Shown here piece after piece: positions 1 to 11,464 of a stretch of DNA of 64,000 bases. The stretch lies in the sequence record DRR723986_1723. One strand, 5' to 3'. Numbering within the stretch: position 1 is the first letter of the stretch; every line of letters begins with the position of its first letter. Made by a program: the position numbers and the translations under genes. The notes beneath the pieces are model-generated. The model was given only the letters and a program-made list of their open reading frames with translations, was not told the DNA's origin and ran no database searches.

Positions 1-1058
1 AGATAGAAATCGACAATTTCCGGAAACTGCCGGCGCAGCAAGGGCACCAACACCTCGTTCAAGGCGACACCCAGCACTGCTGGTTCATCAGGCGGACGCC
101 CGGTGTAAGTGCTGTGATAAATCGGGTTTTCACGGTGGCTAATATGCGTCACGGTGAACACAGGGAAGCGGTCGACTTCGTTGTAATAACCGGTGTGATC
201 GCCATAGGGGCCTTCGTCGGCCATCTCTTCCGGGTCGATGTAACCTTCGAGGATAAACTCACAATTGGCGGGCACCTGCAGGTCGTTGCTGAGGCTCTTC
301 ACCAACTCGGTTTTTTCACCGCGCAGCAAACCGGCAAAGGCGTATTCGCTGAGTGTGTCGGGCACCGGCGTCACCGCGCCAAGGGTCGTCGCTGGGTCGG
401 CCCCCAGCGCAACAGAAACGGGAAAACGCTCACCCGGGTGCTGCTGTTTGAACTCCTGAAAATCCAGTGCGCCGCCGCGGTGAGATAACCAACGCATAAT
501 CAGCTTGTTTTTGCCGATCACCTGCATGCGATAAATGCCCAGATTTTGCCGCTCTTTGTTGGGACCGCGGGTAATGACCAGCGGCCAGGTAATCAGCGGC
601 GCGGCGTCTTCCGGCCAGCAGGTTTGAATAGGCAGCAAGTGTAAGTTGACGGCGTCGCCCTGAATCACCTTTTGCTGGCACACCGCCTTGGACACCATCT
701 TCGGGCCCATATTGAGCACTTGCTTGAAGATCGGCAGCTTACTCCAGGCATCGCGCAGACCTTTCGGGGGATCAGGCTGGCGCAAAAATGCCAACAACTC
801 ACCCACCTCTTGCAGCGCCTCGATATCTTTTTGGCCCATGCCCATGGCCACACGCTTTTCAGTGCCGAATAAATTTGCCAGCACCGGCACGGAGTAACCC
901 TTGGGGTTTTCAAACAACAATGCCGGTCCGCCTGCTCGCAGTACGCGGTCGCAGATTTCGGTCATTTCCAGGTTGGGGTCTACAGGATAGCTGATACGCT
1001 TCAACTCGCCTTGTTGCTCAAGGTAGTTGAGAAAATCGCGGAGGTCTTTGTGCTTCAT
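1..1058 (-). CDS. ubiD: 4-hydroxy-3-polyprenylbenzoate decarboxylase UbiD (3' end runs off the window)
   Basis: Not in the ORF track because it is open at the edge. Manual translation from ATG at 1058 gives [22 protein letters not shown]...QNLGIYRMQ...[11 protein letters not shown]...YTGRPPDEP. It lies downstream of rho, as is usual. Confidence 0.95.
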   Translation of the reverse strand, partial: MKHKDLRDFLNYLEQQGELKRISYPVDPNLEMTEICDRVLRAGGPALLFENPKGYSVPVLANLFGTEKRVAMGMGQKDIEALQEVGELLAFLRQPDPPKGLRDAWSKLPIFKQVLNMGPKMVSKAVCQQKVIQGDAVNLHLLPIQTCWPEDAAPLITWPLVITRGPNKERQNLGIYRMQVIGKNKLIMRWLSHRGGALDFQEFKQQHPGERFPVSVALGADPATTLGAVTPVPDTLSEYAFAGLLRGEKTELVKSLSNDLQVPANCEFILEGYIDPEEMADEGPYGDHTGYYNEVDRFPVFTVTHISHRENPIYHSTYTGRPPDEPAVLGVALNEVLVPLLRRQFPEIVDFY

Positions 1059-1096
1059 AATCCGGTGTCCGATATCCGGCGCCCGGCGGGCGGGGG

Positions 1097-1124
1097 CGGG
1101 GTTTCGCCACTGCGGCGAACCCCG
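1097..1124 (-). other. GC-rich stem-loop between rho and ubiD
   Basis: cggggtttcgcc-actgc-ggcgaaccccg with a one-base bulge and no clear U-tract. Confidence 0.45.
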
Positions 1125-1133
1125 ACAGCGGCC

Positions 1134-2402
<1,269 letters not shown>

Positions 2403-2575
2403 AGGTTTTGGGTTGTTGGCTTCGATTTGATAAGGCTTGGACGATACGCAGGAACGGCAAAGTCTCGGCCGGCGCGTGCTCGACGTATTAAGCAGATATG
2501 AAAAAATTAAGGTGTTATTTTTGAATATTTTGGGGATTGATCGAACTCTATCACCGAATGGCAGGTCCGTAAAGC

Positions 2576-2610
2576 AGAAAAGAAAAGGCCCCGCGTTAGG
2601 CGAGGCCCTT
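2576..2610 (-). terminator. Intrinsic terminator after trxA
   Basis: The minus strand reads aagggcctcgc-ctaac-gcggggcctt followed by a T-rich tract. Confidence 0.7.
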
Positions 2611-2614
2611 GCTA

Positions 2615-2941
2615 TTACAGTGCGCTGTCAACGAAGTCGCACAGCTGCGACTTGGACAAGGCGCCTACTTTGGTGGCTTCAGCATTACCGCCTTTGAAGA
2701 TCATCAGCGTTGGAATGCCACGAACACTGAATTTGGCAGGGGTTTCTGAATTGGCGTCAACGTCGATCTTGCAGATCTTGATCTTGCCAGCGTAATCGCC
2801 AGAGATCTCATCAAGGACCGGCGCGATCATTTTACAGGGGCCACACCACTCCGCCCAGAAGTCTACCAGTACTGGCAGATCGGACTTCAGCACTTCTTCT
2901 TCAAAGCTGCTGTCGGTGACGTGAACGATGTTGTCGCTCAT
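2615..2941 (-). CDS. trxA: Thioredoxin 1
   Basis: WCGPC active site; trxA-rho synteny. Confidence 0.98.
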   Translation of the reverse strand: MSDNIVHVTDSSFEEEVLKSDLPVLVDFWAEWCGPCKMIAPVLDEISGDYAGKIKICKIDVDANSETPAKFSVRGIPTLMIFKGGNAEATKVGALSKSQLCDFVDSAL

Positions 2942-3093
2942 CTTGGTTCTCCAAGTTGATATCGTGATAACGGAATCGCGGATGATAACACAGCTCTAGA
3001 CGCGATGTGAAAGCCATCAACATCGGCCTGCGCTGGCCAGCGTCGCCAGCGACCGCTATGCTAGCCGCCGTATCACTGACTAAGCTTAACGCC

Positions 3094-4362
3094 ATGCCGC
3101 GCCTACTCTACAGCCTGTTCTTCTACCTGATTTTACCACTGGTCCTGTTGCGGCTAGGCTACCGAGCACTGCGCGCGCCCGACTACCGCCGCCGCATCGG
3201 CGAGCGCTTTGGCTTTGTCTCAGTGCCCGAGCAAACAGGGGGGCTGTGGGTACACGCGGTTTCCGTTGGCGAAAGCATCGCTGCTGCGCCGCTGATACAA
3301 CATATGCTGGACCGACACCCAGAACTGCCCATTGTCGTCACCTGCATGACACCCACCGGCTCCAGCCGGATTCGCGCCATGTTTGGCCAACAGGTGCACC
3401 ATGTCTACGCCCCCTACGACCTGCCTGGTGCCGTAGCCCGCTTCCTGCGCCGCACCCAGCCGCGCGCGGCGGTCATTATGGAAACCGAGATCTGGCCAAA
3501 TATGGTGCAAATGACAGCGAAGCGCGGCATTCCTGTTGTGCTCGCTAACGCCCGTCTTTCCGCGCGCTCAGCCAGAGGCTACCAACGCCTATCCGGACTG
3601 AGCCGGCCGGTGATAAAAGCCTTTAGCCGGATCGTCGCCCAGGGCCAGGACGACGCCGAACGCTTTCTGAGCATTGGCGCCCACGCCGATCAACTGCGCG
3701 TTTCCGGCAGCATAAAGTTTGATGTCGCCATTCCCGATACCCTGCGCCAACACGCGCGGCAGACGCGTGAGCAATTTGGCCAGGACCGTCCCGTGTGGAT
3801 CGCCGCCAGCACCCACGACGGCGAAGACAGCATATTACTGGACGCCCACCAGCGCGTACTCAAACAACAACCCGATGCCCTGTTGGTATTGGTGCCCAGG
3901 CACCCCGAACGCTTTGACGCCGTCGCCAAGTTGGTCGCCGCCAAGGGCCTGCCCTGCCAGCGTCGCAGTACCGAGAGCGCTATATCCCCCGACACTCAAG
4001 TTCTGCTGGGCGATACCATGGGTGAACTACTGCTGCTTTTGGGCACCGCAGATATTGCCTTTATCGGTGGCAGCCTGGTGCCGCGCGGCGGCCACAACAG
4101 TTTGGAAGCTGCCGCCTGGGGCTTACCGGTACTGGCCGGCCCCAGCGACTTCAACTTTGCACAGATTAGTGAATTATTGCAGACCGCTGGCGGCCTGAGC
4201 CTGCTAGACAGTGCCGAAAGCATCGCCGCTGAACTCATCGCCTTGTTTGCCGACAGCGAGATGAGAGAAACCCGCGGACGCAACGCCCTGGCCGTTGTCG
4301 AGGCCAACCGCGGCGCACTGGCAAAACTGATCGAGGAAGTTGAGGGCGCGCTAACTCGTTAG
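3094..4362 (+). CDS. waaA: 3-deoxy-D-manno-octulosonic acid (Kdo) transferase
   Basis: WVHAVSVGE, ETEIWPN, PRHPERF, GGHN motifs. Start moved to ATG 3094 (MPRLLYS). Confidence 0.95.
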   Translation: MPRLLYSLFFYLILPLVLLRLGYRALRAPDYRRRIGERFGFVSVPEQTGGLWVHAVSVGESIAAAPLIQHMLDRHPELPIVVTCMTPTGSSRIRAMFGQQVHHVYAPYDLPGAVARFLRRTQPRAAVIMETEIWPNMVQMTAKRGIPVVLANARLSARSARGYQRLSGLSRPVIKAFSRIVAQGQDDAERFLSIGAHADQLRVSGSIKFDVAIPDTLRQHARQTREQFGQDRPVWIAASTHDGEDSILLDAHQRVLKQQPDALLVLVPRHPERFDAVAKLVAAKGLPCQRRSTESAISPDTQVLLGDTMGELLLLLGTADIAFIGGSLVPRGGHNSLEAAAWGLPVLAGPSDFNFAQISELLQTAGGLSLLDSAESIAAELIALFADSEMRETRGRNALAVVEANRGALAKLIEEVEGALTR

Positions 4363-4371
4363 TGCGCCCTC
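4342..4371. terminator. Hairpin between convergent waaA and tolC
   Basis: gagggcgcgctaac-tc-gttagtgcgccctc inverted repeat spanning the waaA stop. Confidence 0.5.
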
Positions 4372-4418
4372 CGAAAAGGCAAATTACGCGGCGGGAACCG
4401 CGTTAGCAGGCGGGAATA

Positions 4419-5855
4419 TCAGCGTTTGCCATTGCCGTTCAGCAATACTGCATCACCTTCCTGCAGCCACTGATTAAGCCCCTGCACATCCGCCGGGCTC
4501 AGAGTGCCGGCGTTCAGCTTGAGCTTGAGCATATCGACAACGTAGTCGTAGCGGGCGTTACTGTAGTCACGCAGTGCCGCATATAACTTACGCTGGGCGT
4601 CCAATACATCAACCACGTTGCGCGTGCCGACATCGTAACCGGCTTCGGTCGCATCCAGGGCGCTACGCGCAGAGACAATATTCAGTTTGCGCGCCTTCAC
4701 CGTTTGCACGGCGGTATTCACTGCAATGTGCTGGGCGCGCGTGCCGGCAATAACCTGGCGCTGCGTTAGCTGCGCGGTGTACTGCGCCGAATTGTATTGC
4801 TCGTAGGCTTGGCGACGACCCGCACTAACACCACCACCGGTAAACAGCGGCACCGTCAGCGTGACACGCAGGGCCTCAGTTTCATACTCACTGTCTGGCG
4901 GCACAGCAAAGGAACTGCTGGGGTTGAAACGCCGCGAGCCGTCCAGGTCTTCCTTGGTGTAGCTGAAGCTACCGCTAATCTTTGGCAAGTGCTCGCTCTT
5001 TTTCGCACGGGCATTTTCATAGGCGGAACCAGACGCCGCCGCTGCCACCTTAAGCTGGTAATTGTTCTTTAAAGCCATATCGACCCAGGCTGCGCGACTG
5101 GCAGGCAGTGGATTATCGATAGGGAAACTCTCTTTCAATGACCACAGCTTGCCGTGATCTTTGCCTGTAAGGGTAGTGAGGTTCTCGCGGGCGATCGCCA
5201 GTGCGCCCTCAAAACCAAGGCGCTGAGCCACGGTAGAGTCGTATACCGCGCGCGACTCATGCACGTCGGTAATCGCGATCAGGCCAACATCAAAGCGCTG
5301 CTGCGTTTGCTCAAGCTGGCGCTTGGCCGCGCGCTCTTCTGCACGCGAGGCATCGAGATTTTCCCGCGCCTTTAGCACTTCAAAATACGCTTCGGATACA
5401 CGCACAATCAGCTCTTGCTGGTCATACGCCAACTGCGCCTTGGCGCGCTCGGTGACTTTTTGGCCCGCCTTAAAGCTGAACCACGCCGGCAGATCGAAAA
5501 TGGCCTGGCTCAGGCTCAAGGAGTAATTTTCCGTTTCCGAGCCGGTATGCACCTTCTGGTCAATTATCGACGTCGACCCACCACCGAAACCGCCACCGGA
5601 GAACGTTGTGCTTTTTGACTGCGAGTCGGTTTCGGTATCCTGGTAGTAGGCTTGGCCACTCAGCTGGGGTAACAGCGCTGAGCGACTGAGGTTTTCAGAC
5701 TCCAGATCGGCGCGGTAGGTCGCCTCTGCGGCTTTTAACTGCGGATCGTTATTCACTGCAAGCTCGTAGACATCTAGCAATGTGTCGGCATGGGCGCCGG
5801 AAATACCCATAGCCAGTGCAACAGCTGCACTGAGAAAGTGACGTTTGGCAATCAT
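4419..5855 (-). CDS. tolC: TolC-family outer membrane channel
   Basis: Signal peptide, two OEP repeats, RFDVGLIAITDV and GYDVGTRNVVDVL motifs; waaA/tolC/parE context. Confidence 0.92.
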   Translation of the reverse strand: MIAKRHFLSAAVALAMGISGAHADTLLDVYELAVNNDPQLKAAEATYRADLESENLSRSALLPQLSGQAYYQDTETDSQSKSTTFSGGGFGGGSTSIIDQKVHTGSETENYSLSLSQAIFDLPAWFSFKAGQKVTERAKAQLAYDQQELIVRVSEAYFEVLKARENLDASRAEERAAKRQLEQTQQRFDVGLIAITDVHESRAVYDSTVAQRLGFEGALAIARENLTTLTGKDHGKLWSLKESFPIDNPLPASRAAWVDMALKNNYQLKVAAAASGSAYENARAKKSEHLPKISGSFSYTKEDLDGSRRFNPSSSFAVPPDSEYETEALRVTLTVPLFTGGGVSAGRRQAYEQYNSAQYTAQLTQRQVIAGTRAQHIAVNTAVQTVKARKLNIVSARSALDATEAGYDVGTRNVVDVLDAQRKLYAALRDYSNARYDYVVDMLKLKLNAGTLSPADVQGLNQWLQEGDAVLLNGNGKR

Positions 5856-5975
5856 AGAGTTAACCTGTTCTGCTAACGGAGGGGCTGCGTCAGGCCCGCA
5901 GTGTATCAGACTCGTCCTATGCGAGAATGATTATTAAAAAATCTTATTGAATTAGAACGCAAATTCGGGAGCCTT

Positions 5976-6437
5976 GTGAAGACGCCGAACTACCAAGTTG
6001 ACCTCAACGCGCATCTCGCCGACTGTGAGATGAATTATCTGCGTTTGCAGAAGTTACTGCCCGACGCCCTTCAGGCCGGTGACGAGCTCTGCATTGGGGT
6101 AGGCAATCACGCGCTCAATATTCGTGTGCGCGAGTGCGCGCCGTACACCAGCTTTCTCGACTTGCGGCTGGCCCAGGCAAAAACACAAGCCTGGGCCGCT
6201 ATGTGCTTACAGGTGCGTATCTATCACGACGCAAAGCTTGCCGAGGTCAGTGGTGCCGAGCAGGTCTACGCCCTGCGGCAACGCTACGACTACCCGAATA
6301 ATAAAATGTTTCAACGCGACGAAAAGGCCCAGCTAAACCGTTTTCTTGGCGAATGGCTAAGCCAGTGCTTGCGGCACGGTCACCGGCACGACAGCGCCGT
6401 ATTAGAAAAGGTCAGCGCGACCGGCACACAATTTTAG
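5976..6437 (+). CDS. DUF1249 (YqiB-like) protein
   Basis: CEMNYLRL, VRIYHDAKLAEV and YPNNKMFQRDEKAQLNRFLGEWL motifs; upstream of cpdA. Confidence 0.88.
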   Translation: MKTPNYQVDLNAHLADCEMNYLRLQKLLPDALQAGDELCIGVGNHALNIRVRECAPYTSFLDLRLAQAKTQAWAAMCLQVRIYHDAKLAEVSGAEQVYALRQRYDYPNNKMFQRDEKAQLNRFLGEWLSQCLRHGHRHDSAVLEKVSATGTQF

Positions 6438-6559
6438 CAGCGAGACTGCAGTCGCAAATCACACATTTATTGTCGCGGGGCAACGCCCTCTGATGGACTG
6501 CGTCTGGATTTGTGGCAACCCATACCGTATAAAAGCCGAAGATATTAACGAGGCTTACT

Positions 6560-7363
6560 GTGAACAGCGCCAACGCAACAGCGACTCCCGCTTTCTGCTT
6601 AGTGCAGATTACCGACTGCCACCTGGGCGCCAGCCCGGGCAGCTCGCTGTTGGGCATGGATACCGACCACAGCCTCGACGAAGTGCTCGCTTTGGTGCAA
6701 CGCCAGCACCCACACATCGACATGCTGGTGGTCTCTGGCGACCTCTCGGGTGACAGCAGCGCCGCCGCGTATCAACGCCTCCTTCCCAAGCTCGAGGGGC
6801 TCGCGGACACGATTATATGGCTACCCGGCAACCACGACGAACCCGCCACCATGCACCAATGTGCGGGCGAGGCGCTGATGCCAAAGCAGGCGACACTCGG
6901 CAACTGGCAGCTGTTATTTTTAAACTCGGCGGTTAGCGGCCAAGTAGGCGGTCATCTCGCTGAAAGTGAATTGGCGCTGTGCCGCCAGCACCCCTGCGAC
7001 AGCAACACCTTAATCTTTGTTCACCACCACCTGAATAAGCTCGGTGCCGAATGGCTGGATGAGCAACTGATTGATAACGCCGATGCGCTGTTCGATATTC
7101 TCGACGACAAACCAGGCGTGGCGGCCATTGTATCCGGCCACGTACACCAAGCCTCCGCGCAGCGCCATCGCCAGCAACGCTTGCTGACGACGCCTTCAAC
7201 CTGTATACAATTCGCGCCTGGCAGCCGCGACTTTGCCCTGGACGACCTAAACCCCGGCTACCGTTGGTTCGCCCTGCACACCGACGGCAACTGGCAGACA
7301 GGCGTGGAGCGCGTTAGCGGTGTGGAATTTACGGTAGATAAAACGGCAAACGGCTACGAATGA
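6560..7363 (+). CDS. cpdA: 3',5'-cyclic AMP phosphodiesterase
   Basis: Metallophosphoesterase motifs DCH, GDL, GNHD, HHH, GHVH; synteny. Confidence 0.92.
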   Translation: MNSANATATPAFCLVQITDCHLGASPGSSLLGMDTDHSLDEVLALVQRQHPHIDMLVVSGDLSGDSSAAAYQRLLPKLEGLADTIIWLPGNHDEPATMHQCAGEALMPKQATLGNWQLLFLNSAVSGQVGGHLAESELALCRQHPCDSNTLIFVHHHLNKLGAEWLDEQLIDNADALFDILDDKPGVAAIVSGHVHQASAQRHRQQRLLTTPSTCIQFAPGSRDFALDDLNPGYRWFALHTDGNWQTGVERVSGVEFTVDKTANGYE

Positions 7364-7947
7364 GCGCAACAGTCATTTATATACACGGCTTTCTCTCCTC
7401 CCCCCAATCACACAAAGCACAACTGGTTAAACACTACTTTGCCCAGCACCACCCGTCGGTCAGGCTGTGTATTCCCAGCATGCCCAACAACCCGGCAGGC
7501 GCCTTTGCCAAACTGGAGCAAGTGGTGGAAGAGGAACTGGCTGCAGCGCCGGACACCCTGGCACTTATCGGTAGCTCGCTGGGCGGCTTCTTCTCGACCG
7601 TACTGGCCGAGCGCCACCAGCTAAAAGCCGTGCTGGTCAACCCGGCGGTTACCCCGGGGGAGTGGGGAGAGCAGTTCATCGGTGAATACGACAACCCCTA
7701 TACCGGCGAGCATTTCAGCGTGACCGAAGAAGACCTCGCCTGCCTGCGCAGGCTAACGCCAGCCGACATTACACCCGGGCACTACTGGCTAATGGTGCAA
7801 GAGGGCGACGAAACGCTGGATTACCGCCTTGCCGTGGCGGCTTATCACAACTGTAAGCAGCTCGTTGAGCCCGGCGGTGACCACAGCTTCGTGAATTTCG
7901 AAGCGCATTTGCCCGCAATAGTGGAATTTCTGGGCGTGGCTGGTTAA
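7360..7947 (+). CDS. yqiA: YqiA-family esterase (UPF0227)
   Basis: YIHGFLSSP, GSSLGG nucleophile elbow, GGDHSF; ATGA overlap with cpdA. Confidence 0.9.
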   Translation: MSATVIYIHGFLSSPQSHKAQLVKHYFAQHHPSVRLCIPSMPNNPAGAFAKLEQVVEEELAAAPDTLALIGSSLGGFFSTVLAERHQLKAVLVNPAVTPGEWGEQFIGEYDNPYTGEHFSVTEEDLACLRRLTPADITPGHYWLMVQEGDETLDYRLAVAAYHNCKQLVEPGGDHSFVNFEAHLPAIVEFLGVAG

Positions 7948-8008
7948 CAATAGCCGACCCAAACCGATTCATTCACGGCGCCGCGATGCGGCCTCGCAGT
8001 GGTAGAGC

Positions 8009-9898
8009 ATGTCACAATACACCTCACAATCGATCGAAGTCCTCACTGGCCTTGAGCCTGTGCGCAAGCGTCCGGGCATGTACACCGACACCGCCCGCCC
8101 CAACCATCTGGCGCAGGAAATTATCGACAACAGCGTCGACGAAGCACTGGCCGGCCACGCCAGCCAGATCATCGTCACCCTGCACAACGATGGCTCGCTG
8201 AGCTGCGCCGACGACGGCCGCGGTATGCCGGTAGACATCCACCCGGAGATGGGCCTGCCAGGTGTCGAAGTGATTCTCTCCACCCTGCACGCCGGGGGTA
8301 AATTCTCCAACGACAACTATCAGTTCTCCGGCGGCCTCCACGGCGTGGGGGTATCGGTGGTCAACGCGCTGTCATCCCTACTGGAAGTCACCATAAAACG
8401 GGACGGCCAGGTTCACCAGATGCGCTTTGCCAATGGCGACAAAGCCTCCGACCTGGAAGTCATCGACAGCTGCGGCAAGCGCAATACCGGCACCCTGCTG
8501 CGGTTTTGGCCCGATGCCCAATACTTCGACAGCGCCAAGTTTTCCGTGCGCCGCCTCAAGCATGTGTTGCGTGCCAAAGCCGTACTCTGCCCGGGCCTGA
8601 AAGTTATTTTCAAAGATGAAACCGGCGAAGAGAGCGAGGAGTGGTACTACGAAGATGGCCTGCCCGACTACCTGGCCAGCCACACTCGCGAATACGAAAC
8701 GCTGCCTGCGCAACCCTTTGTCGGCCATTTCAGTGGCAATACCGAGGGCGTGGACTGGGCTGTGCAATGGCTGCCCGAAGGCGGCGAGCCGCTGGCCGAG
8801 TCCTACGTTAACCTGATCCCCACCGCTCAGGGTGGCACCCACGTTAACGGCCTGCGCAGCGGCTTGCTGGATGCCATGCGCGAGTTCTGCGAGTTCCGCA
8901 ATATGATCCCGCGCGGCGTAAAATTGACCCCAGACGATATCTGGGACAAGTGCAGCTATGTGCTGTCTTCCAAGCTGGCCGACCCACAATTTTCCGGCCA
9001 GACCAAAGAGCGCCTCAGCTCCCGCGAAGCCTCTGCCTTTGTATCGGGCGTGGCCAAAGATGCCTTCAGCCTGTGGCTTAACCAGCATACCGAAGAAGCC
9101 GAAAAACTCGCCGAGCTGTGCATCAGCAATGCCCAAAGCCGACTACGCAAAGCCAAAAAAGTGGTGCGCAAGAAAGTCTCCGCCGGACCGGCACTGCCCG
9201 GCAAACTGGCAGACTGTGCCGGTGTAGAGAGCGAGCGTTCAGAATTGTTCCTGGTGGAAGGGGACTCAGCGGGGGGCTCGGCTAAACAGGCTCGCGACCG
9301 TCAGTTTCAGGCCATCTTGCCGCTGCGCGGTAAAATTCTGAATACTTGGGAGGTGGACTCCCAGCAAATTCTCGCCTCGCAGGAAGTTCACGACATCTCC
9401 GTGGCACTGGGGGTCGACCCCGACTCCGATGATTTAAGCGGCCTGCGTTACGGTAAGATCTGTATTCTTGCCGATGCGGACTCCGACGGCGCCCACATCG
9501 CCACGCTATTGTGCGCGCTGTTCCTGCGTCATTTCCGCACAATGGTCGAGCAGGGTCACGTGTTTATTGCCATGCCACCGCTGTACCGCATCGACGTTGG
9601 CAAAGAGGTGTTTTACGCCCTCGACAACGACGAAAAGCAGGGCATTATCGACCGCATAGAGGCGGAAAAAATCAAAGGCAAAGTGTCTGTCACGCGCTTT
9701 AAGGGCCTCGGTGAAATGAACCCCTTACAGCTGCGCGAAACTGTTATGGACCCGGATACTCGCCGGCTGGTGCGCCTTGGCATCGAGCCCGGCGACGACA
9801 CCGATGCCCTAATGGATATGCTGCTCGGCAAAAAGCGCGCTGCAGACCGCAAACAGTGGCTTGAACGCAACGGTGACGAGGCCGACATCATCGTTTAA
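8009..9898 (+). CDS. parE: DNA topoisomerase IV subunit B
   Basis: EIIDNSVDE, GGLHGVGVSVVN, LVEGDSAGGS, PLRGKILN, DADSDG. Confidence 0.98.
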   Translation: MSQYTSQSIEVLTGLEPVRKRPGMYTDTARPNHLAQEIIDNSVDEALAGHASQIIVTLHNDGSLSCADDGRGMPVDIHPEMGLPGVEVILSTLHAGGKFSNDNYQFSGGLHGVGVSVVNALSSLLEVTIKRDGQVHQMRFANGDKASDLEVIDSCGKRNTGTLLRFWPDAQYFDSAKFSVRRLKHVLRAKAVLCPGLKVIFKDETGEESEEWYYEDGLPDYLASHTREYETLPAQPFVGHFSGNTEGVDWAVQWLPEGGEPLAESYVNLIPTAQGGTHVNGLRSGLLDAMREFCEFRNMIPRGVKLTPDDIWDKCSYVLSSKLADPQFSGQTKERLSSREASAFVSGVAKDAFSLWLNQHTEEAEKLAELCISNAQSRLRKAKKVVRKKVSAGPALPGKLADCAGVESERSELFLVEGDSAGGSAKQARDRQFQAILPLRGKILNTWEVDSQQILASQEVHDISVALGVDPDSDDLSGLRYGKICILADADSDGAHIATLLCALFLRHFRTMVEQGHVFIAMPPLYRIDVGKEVFYALDNDEKQGIIDRIEAEKIKGKVSVTRFKGLGEMNPLQLRETVMDPDTRRLVRLGIEPGDDTDALMDMLLGKKRAADRKQWLERNGDEADIIV

Positions 9899-9900
9899 GC

Positions 9901-9967
9901 CCTGTCATAAATTCACAGTAAAAGCGTCGCCAGCAAGCATTCACTAATTGTGGCCGCCGCGTAGTAT
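9901..9967 (+). promoter_or_regulatory. Putative AraC-type tandem operator plus promoter for the DUF1295 gene pair
   Basis: CCTGTCATAAATTCACA matches the sites at 23472 and 27803 at 14/17. A second half-site CGTC-N7-AGCA lies 22 bp later, then TTCACT-N16-TAGTAT. Confidence 0.65.
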
Positions 9968-10002
9968 CGGCAGGCACACACTAACAATAATAGGAATGCA
10001 CC

Positions 10003-10788
10003 ATGGAACAGCAACGGGAACCGATTCCCGGCTGGGCGCGCGCTTTTCTCGCCCTCGTCGACAAACTTATCTGGAACGCACCGGGCAAACCGCGCATTCG
10101 CGTTGCCTGGGCGGTGGACTTCCACAAGATTTTTACCCTGTTCATCATCTACGCCATGATGAATTACTACGACAATTTCACCACCACCGCCTGGGTCTAC
10201 CTTGGCCTGCACGGTATTTATGGTTACTGCTGGCTGATTAAAGACTTCGGTTTTCGCGACCACCAATTCAACGACCGTATCAGCGTACTTGCCTCCATCA
10301 ACCTCTATGTTTTTCTCATCGGCTGGTACTGGATCACCCCGTGGCTGCTGATTTCGCGCTTCATCGAGCCCAGCGGCGCGGTCGTATTTGCCGCCATTGC
10401 CATTCACACGCTCGGCGTTGTCACCATGATGGCTGCCGACGGCCAGCGCCACTGGATACTTAAATACCGCCGACAACCAGGGCTGATTACCGACGGCGTC
10501 TACCGCTACACCCGCAACCCGAATTACCTCGGCGAGCTAATGCTGTACGCCGCCTACCCGATGCTGGCCCAACACTGGATCGCCTGGGCGATCTACGCGT
10601 ATATGGCTAGCTATTTCCTGGCGCGGATGAAGAACAAAGATCACGCGATCTCCCGTCACCCGGGCTGGCAGGAATACAAACAACAAACCGGCTTGCTGAT
10701 ACCCTGGCGCTTACTGACCGGCGCCGCCATTGCCGACCGCCTGAAGCAATCCCCCTCGCACCCGGAGGCCAGCATCAATGCAAAATGA
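10003..10788 (+). CDS. DUF1295 / steroid 5-alpha-reductase-like (ICMT-fold) membrane protein
   Basis: Several TM helices and the GLITDGVYRYTRNPNYLGE motif. Confidence 0.75.
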   Translation: MEQQREPIPGWARAFLALVDKLIWNAPGKPRIRVAWAVDFHKIFTLFIIYAMMNYYDNFTTTAWVYLGLHGIYGYCWLIKDFGFRDHQFNDRISVLASINLYVFLIGWYWITPWLLISRFIEPSGAVVFAAIAIHTLGVVTMMAADGQRHWILKYRRQPGLITDGVYRYTRNPNYLGELMLYAAYPMLAQHWIAWAIYAYMASYFLARMKNKDHAISRHPGWQEYKQQTGLLIPWRLLTGAAIADRLKQSPSHPEASINAK

Positions 10789-11188
10789 AACTTCCTGGAA
10801 ACGCTTTTACCGCTTCGCCGCATTCTTCAACTTCGCGGCGGCGTTTATGCTGCTATTTGCCACTGAGGCCTTCTTTGCCCTGCTGCAAATGCAAAGCCTC
10901 TATGTGCCCGAGCTACTGCCCTGGGCCCATCAATTTGGCGTGCTGGTATTGGTGTTTGGCTTTGGTTATTGGCGCATTGCCGGCAACCCAAAAAACCACA
11001 AAGACATTATCTGGATGGGCTGCATCGGCAAAACCCTGGTCTTCGTTGCGGCCTGGGTGGATACATTGAGCTTTCCGGCACTGATGCCCTTCGCTATTTT
11101 TGTGATCGCCGATCTCGCCTTTGCGGTGTTTTACGGCCTGTACCTACTCAACCATGCCCGATACGAGGGTCAGCGCCAATTGCGCTAG
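10778..11188 (+). CDS. Small 4-TM membrane protein of unknown function
   Basis: Four hydrophobic segments; start overlaps the DUF1295 gene end, with an SD-like GGAGG upstream. Confidence 0.75.
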   Translation: MQNETSWKRFYRFAAFFNFAAAFMLLFATEAFFALLQMQSLYVPELLPWAHQFGVLVLVFGFGYWRIAGNPKNHKDIIWMGCIGKTLVFVAAWVDTLSFPALMPFAIFVIADLAFAVFYGLYLLNHARYEGQRQLR

Positions 11189-11239
11189 CGCTCAACGCAC
11201 GCGTAGTGCTTGTGGGAGGCTCCTGGGCCTTCCACCTTT

Positions 11240-11449
11240 TTAATTCTCGTCAGACTCTATGGCCCGACGCTCGCGATCATAGTCATCGTAGGGCTGCACC
11301 GTCTGCGCGATACATGCCTCGTACTGAGAAGGCGGCAGCTTATCGCACTCGAAACGATTACTCGCCTGAATACTCTCGTATAACTCTCGGCTCGCACAGC
11401 CGCTGAATAAAATCAGCGCGCCAACCGCCAATACACCTTTCATCCGCAT
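11240..11449 (-). CDS. Small lipoprotein
   Basis: Lipobox FSGC, a Cys pair (FEC...EAC), GGAG SD upstream; follows rluF. Confidence 0.7.
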   Translation of the reverse strand: MRMKGVLAVGALILFSGCASRELYESIQASNRFECDKLPPSQYEACIAQTVQPYDDYDRERRAIESDEN

Positions 11450-11464
11450 ACTCCAACAATGTCG

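Noticed and set aside
114-994. Several short ORFs in the ORF track
   Set aside because: The region is occupied by ubiD on the minus strand, which the track missed because it is open at the window edge.
6448-6463. Possible CRP/Vfr site before cpdA (…N6-TCACA)
   Set aside because: Only the right half-site matches; too weak to call.
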